This document shows, piece after piece, positions 62,922 to 64,000 of a DNA stretch of 64,000 bases. Position 1 is the first letter of the stretch. Each line of letters starts with the position of its first letter. The DNA is from Candidatus Bathyarchaeia archaeon. GTDB lineage: Bacteria > Hydrogenedentota > Hydrogenedentia > Hydrogenedentales > SLHB01. The position numbers and the translations under genes are program-made. Location: assembly GCA_035530195.1 (NCBI GenBank), contig DATKVG010000217.1, positions 5,241-69,240 on the forward strand, read 5' to 3'. The notes beneath the pieces are model-generated. The model saw only the letters and a program-made list of their open reading frames with translations, was not told where the DNA came from and made no database searches.

Positions 62922-64000
62922 ATGAGGGGAAATCGAGAGTACCGGTTGATCGAGGGGGTGGCGCTTTTTTTGGCGTGCATCGCCATTCAAATCAACAGCG
63001 AAGTCCTGGCCCAGTGGGGATTTTATTTTTACTCGCCCGCGGCCAACACCGGCCAGACCATTTACGTGGCGGTGGGTTTGGCGGGGGCCATTTTCATTCT
63101 GGGCCTCCTGACCGACGCGGTCAGCGACCCGATCATTGGGCTCTGGTCGGACAAGACGCGCACCCGCCCGTCTTGGCGGCGGATCGTGCCGATTTCGGGC
63201 CGGCGCAGGCCCTTTATTTTCTGGGGCTCGATCGGGCTGACGTTTACGGGGATCGCGTTCTGGTTCCCGCCCGTCGACGGGACCTCGGCGGCGAATTTTG
63301 TCTACGCCAGCGTGATTATCTGCCTTCACAGCGCCTTTTTCTTTACGATCGTGGCGATTCCATTCAACGCGTTGGGCCCGGAGTTGGCGCGGTCGGACGA
63401 GGCGCGGGTCCGGCTGGGCAACTGGATAGCCGGCGGGATGATCGTGGGGCTGGCGGTTGCGGTGGTTTTGCCGGGCATTCTGATTGAAGTTCTCGACCCG
63501 GTCAAGCAGACCGCGGGCGCCGTTGTGCAACAAGCCGGCCCCGTCGCGGAAGACGCGCCGCCGGTGGCGTCTCCGCGGGGGTACCAGCGGATGGCGATCG
63601 TGTTTTCGCTGATCTCGCTGGTGCTGTTCCAATTCATGGTGTGGGCAGTCCGGGAGCGGTACGACTCGGATCGGGTTCCCAACCCGACGCCGTCCATACA
63701 AGTGCTTTTCCAAACGGTATCGAACCGGCTTTTCCTTCGTTACGCGGCGGTGTTTTTCCTGTTCAATATTGGCTTGTTGGGGGTGCAACGTGTTCTACCG
63801 CACTGGGTTCGAATCGGCCTGAATGGAAGCCCGAAAATGGTGTCGATGCTGATGGCGCCGTTCATCGTGATGGCACTGGTTGCGCTGAGCTTCATGCCGG
63901 CGCTGTCGAAGCGAGTTCCGATCAAATGGTTGTTTTTCACGTCGCTCACGATCATGGCGATCGGGCTGCCGTTCATGTATCCGATTGCGGTGATGGACGT
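62922..64000 (+). CDS. MFS transporter of the glycoside-pentoside-hexuronide (GPH) type, 3' end outside the window
   Basis: This ORF is absent from the supplied track because it has no stop in the window. My own translation is MRGNREYRLIEGVALFLA...LLTDAVSDPIIGLWSDKTRTRP...GRRRPFIFWG, which carries the GPH signature D..DP.iG..SD.t.....GRRRPF. The frame stays open to nt 64000. Confidence 0.7.
   Translation, partial: MRGNREYRLIEGVALFLACIAIQINSEVLAQWGFYFYSPAANTGQTIYVAVGLAGAIFILGLLTDAVSDPIIGLWSDKTRTRPSWRRIVPISGRRRPFIFWGSIGLTFTGIAFWFPPVDGTSAANFVYASVIICLHSAFFFTIVAIPFNALGPELARSDEARVRLGNWIAGGMIVGLAVAVVLPGILIEVLDPVKQTAGAVVQQAGPVAEDAPPVASPRGYQRMAIVFSLISLVLFQFMVWAVRERYDSDRVPNPTPSIQVLFQTVSNRLFLRYAAVFFLFNIGLLGVQRVLPHWVRIGLNGSPKMVSMLMAPFIVMALVALSFMPALSKRVPIKWLFFTSLTIMAIGLPFMYPIAVMD

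Noticed and set aside
63805-63817. gggttcgaatcgg, a T-arm-like string, as a possible tRNA
   Set aside because: It lies inside the open GPH-transporter frame, and no acceptor, D or anticodon stems can be built around it. I found no convincing tRNA or rRNA anywhere in the window.

Overview
A 64 kb GC-rich (roughly 60-65% by eye) bacterial chromosomal segment. I could find no rRNA, tRNA, CRISPR array, transposase or integrase. The gene content indicates a diderm, flagellated organism: GT9 heptosyltransferases, an LpxL-like acyltransferase, LolA-like and SecDF/YajC proteins, and a flagellar export gate. The giant beta-helix protein, the Ser/Thr kinase-FGE fusion and the pentapeptide-repeat protein suggest a PVC/Planctomycetota-like lineage, but that is inference only. 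About 58 CDS are supported. In order they are: two paralogous beta-helix proteins, nagA, two envelope glycosyltransferases, and a low-GC insert bounded by inverted repeats that carries a membrane serine hydrolase. Next come the flagellar export operon fliQ-fliR-flhB-flhA-flhF-flhG, folD, a pentapeptide/MBL pair, a two-gene SufC/SufBD set, an oxidoreductase and a cyclophilin. An isolated LRR-Roc-COR protein follows, with a C-terminal Mrr-like PD-(D/E)xK module behind a 750 bp hairpin-dense non-coding region. After it come an LpxL-like gene, a beta-CASP hydrolase, maf, lolA-like, divIVA, a GNAT-ProC fusion, lepB x2-lepA, recO and a reverse-order RelE-type TA pair in a low-GC islet. The rest is an envelope glycan cluster (GT9, 2x GT4, asnB), an STK-FGE kinase, HAD, CPBP, PEBP, a URO-D-like pair, tgt-yajC-secDF, GT2, a Znu-type metal ABC transporter, a methyltransferase, UXS, a DPPR-synthase-like UbiA enzyme, glgC and a partial GPH/MFS transporter. 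The main candidate for a novel system is the ROCO-nuclease gene (23911-26643) with its structured upstream region. The second theme is the intergenic DNA, which is unusually rich in repeats. These include GGAC-core 9-10 bp minisatellites, heptanucleotide tracts abutting a glycosyltransferase start, several REP-like palindrome families, and a G-quadruplex motif. Two genes (glgC and a methyltransferase) also have their own 5' ends duplicated upstream as N-terminus-mimicking upstream ORFs. All product calls rest on motifs read by eye from the ORF track; no database search was run.
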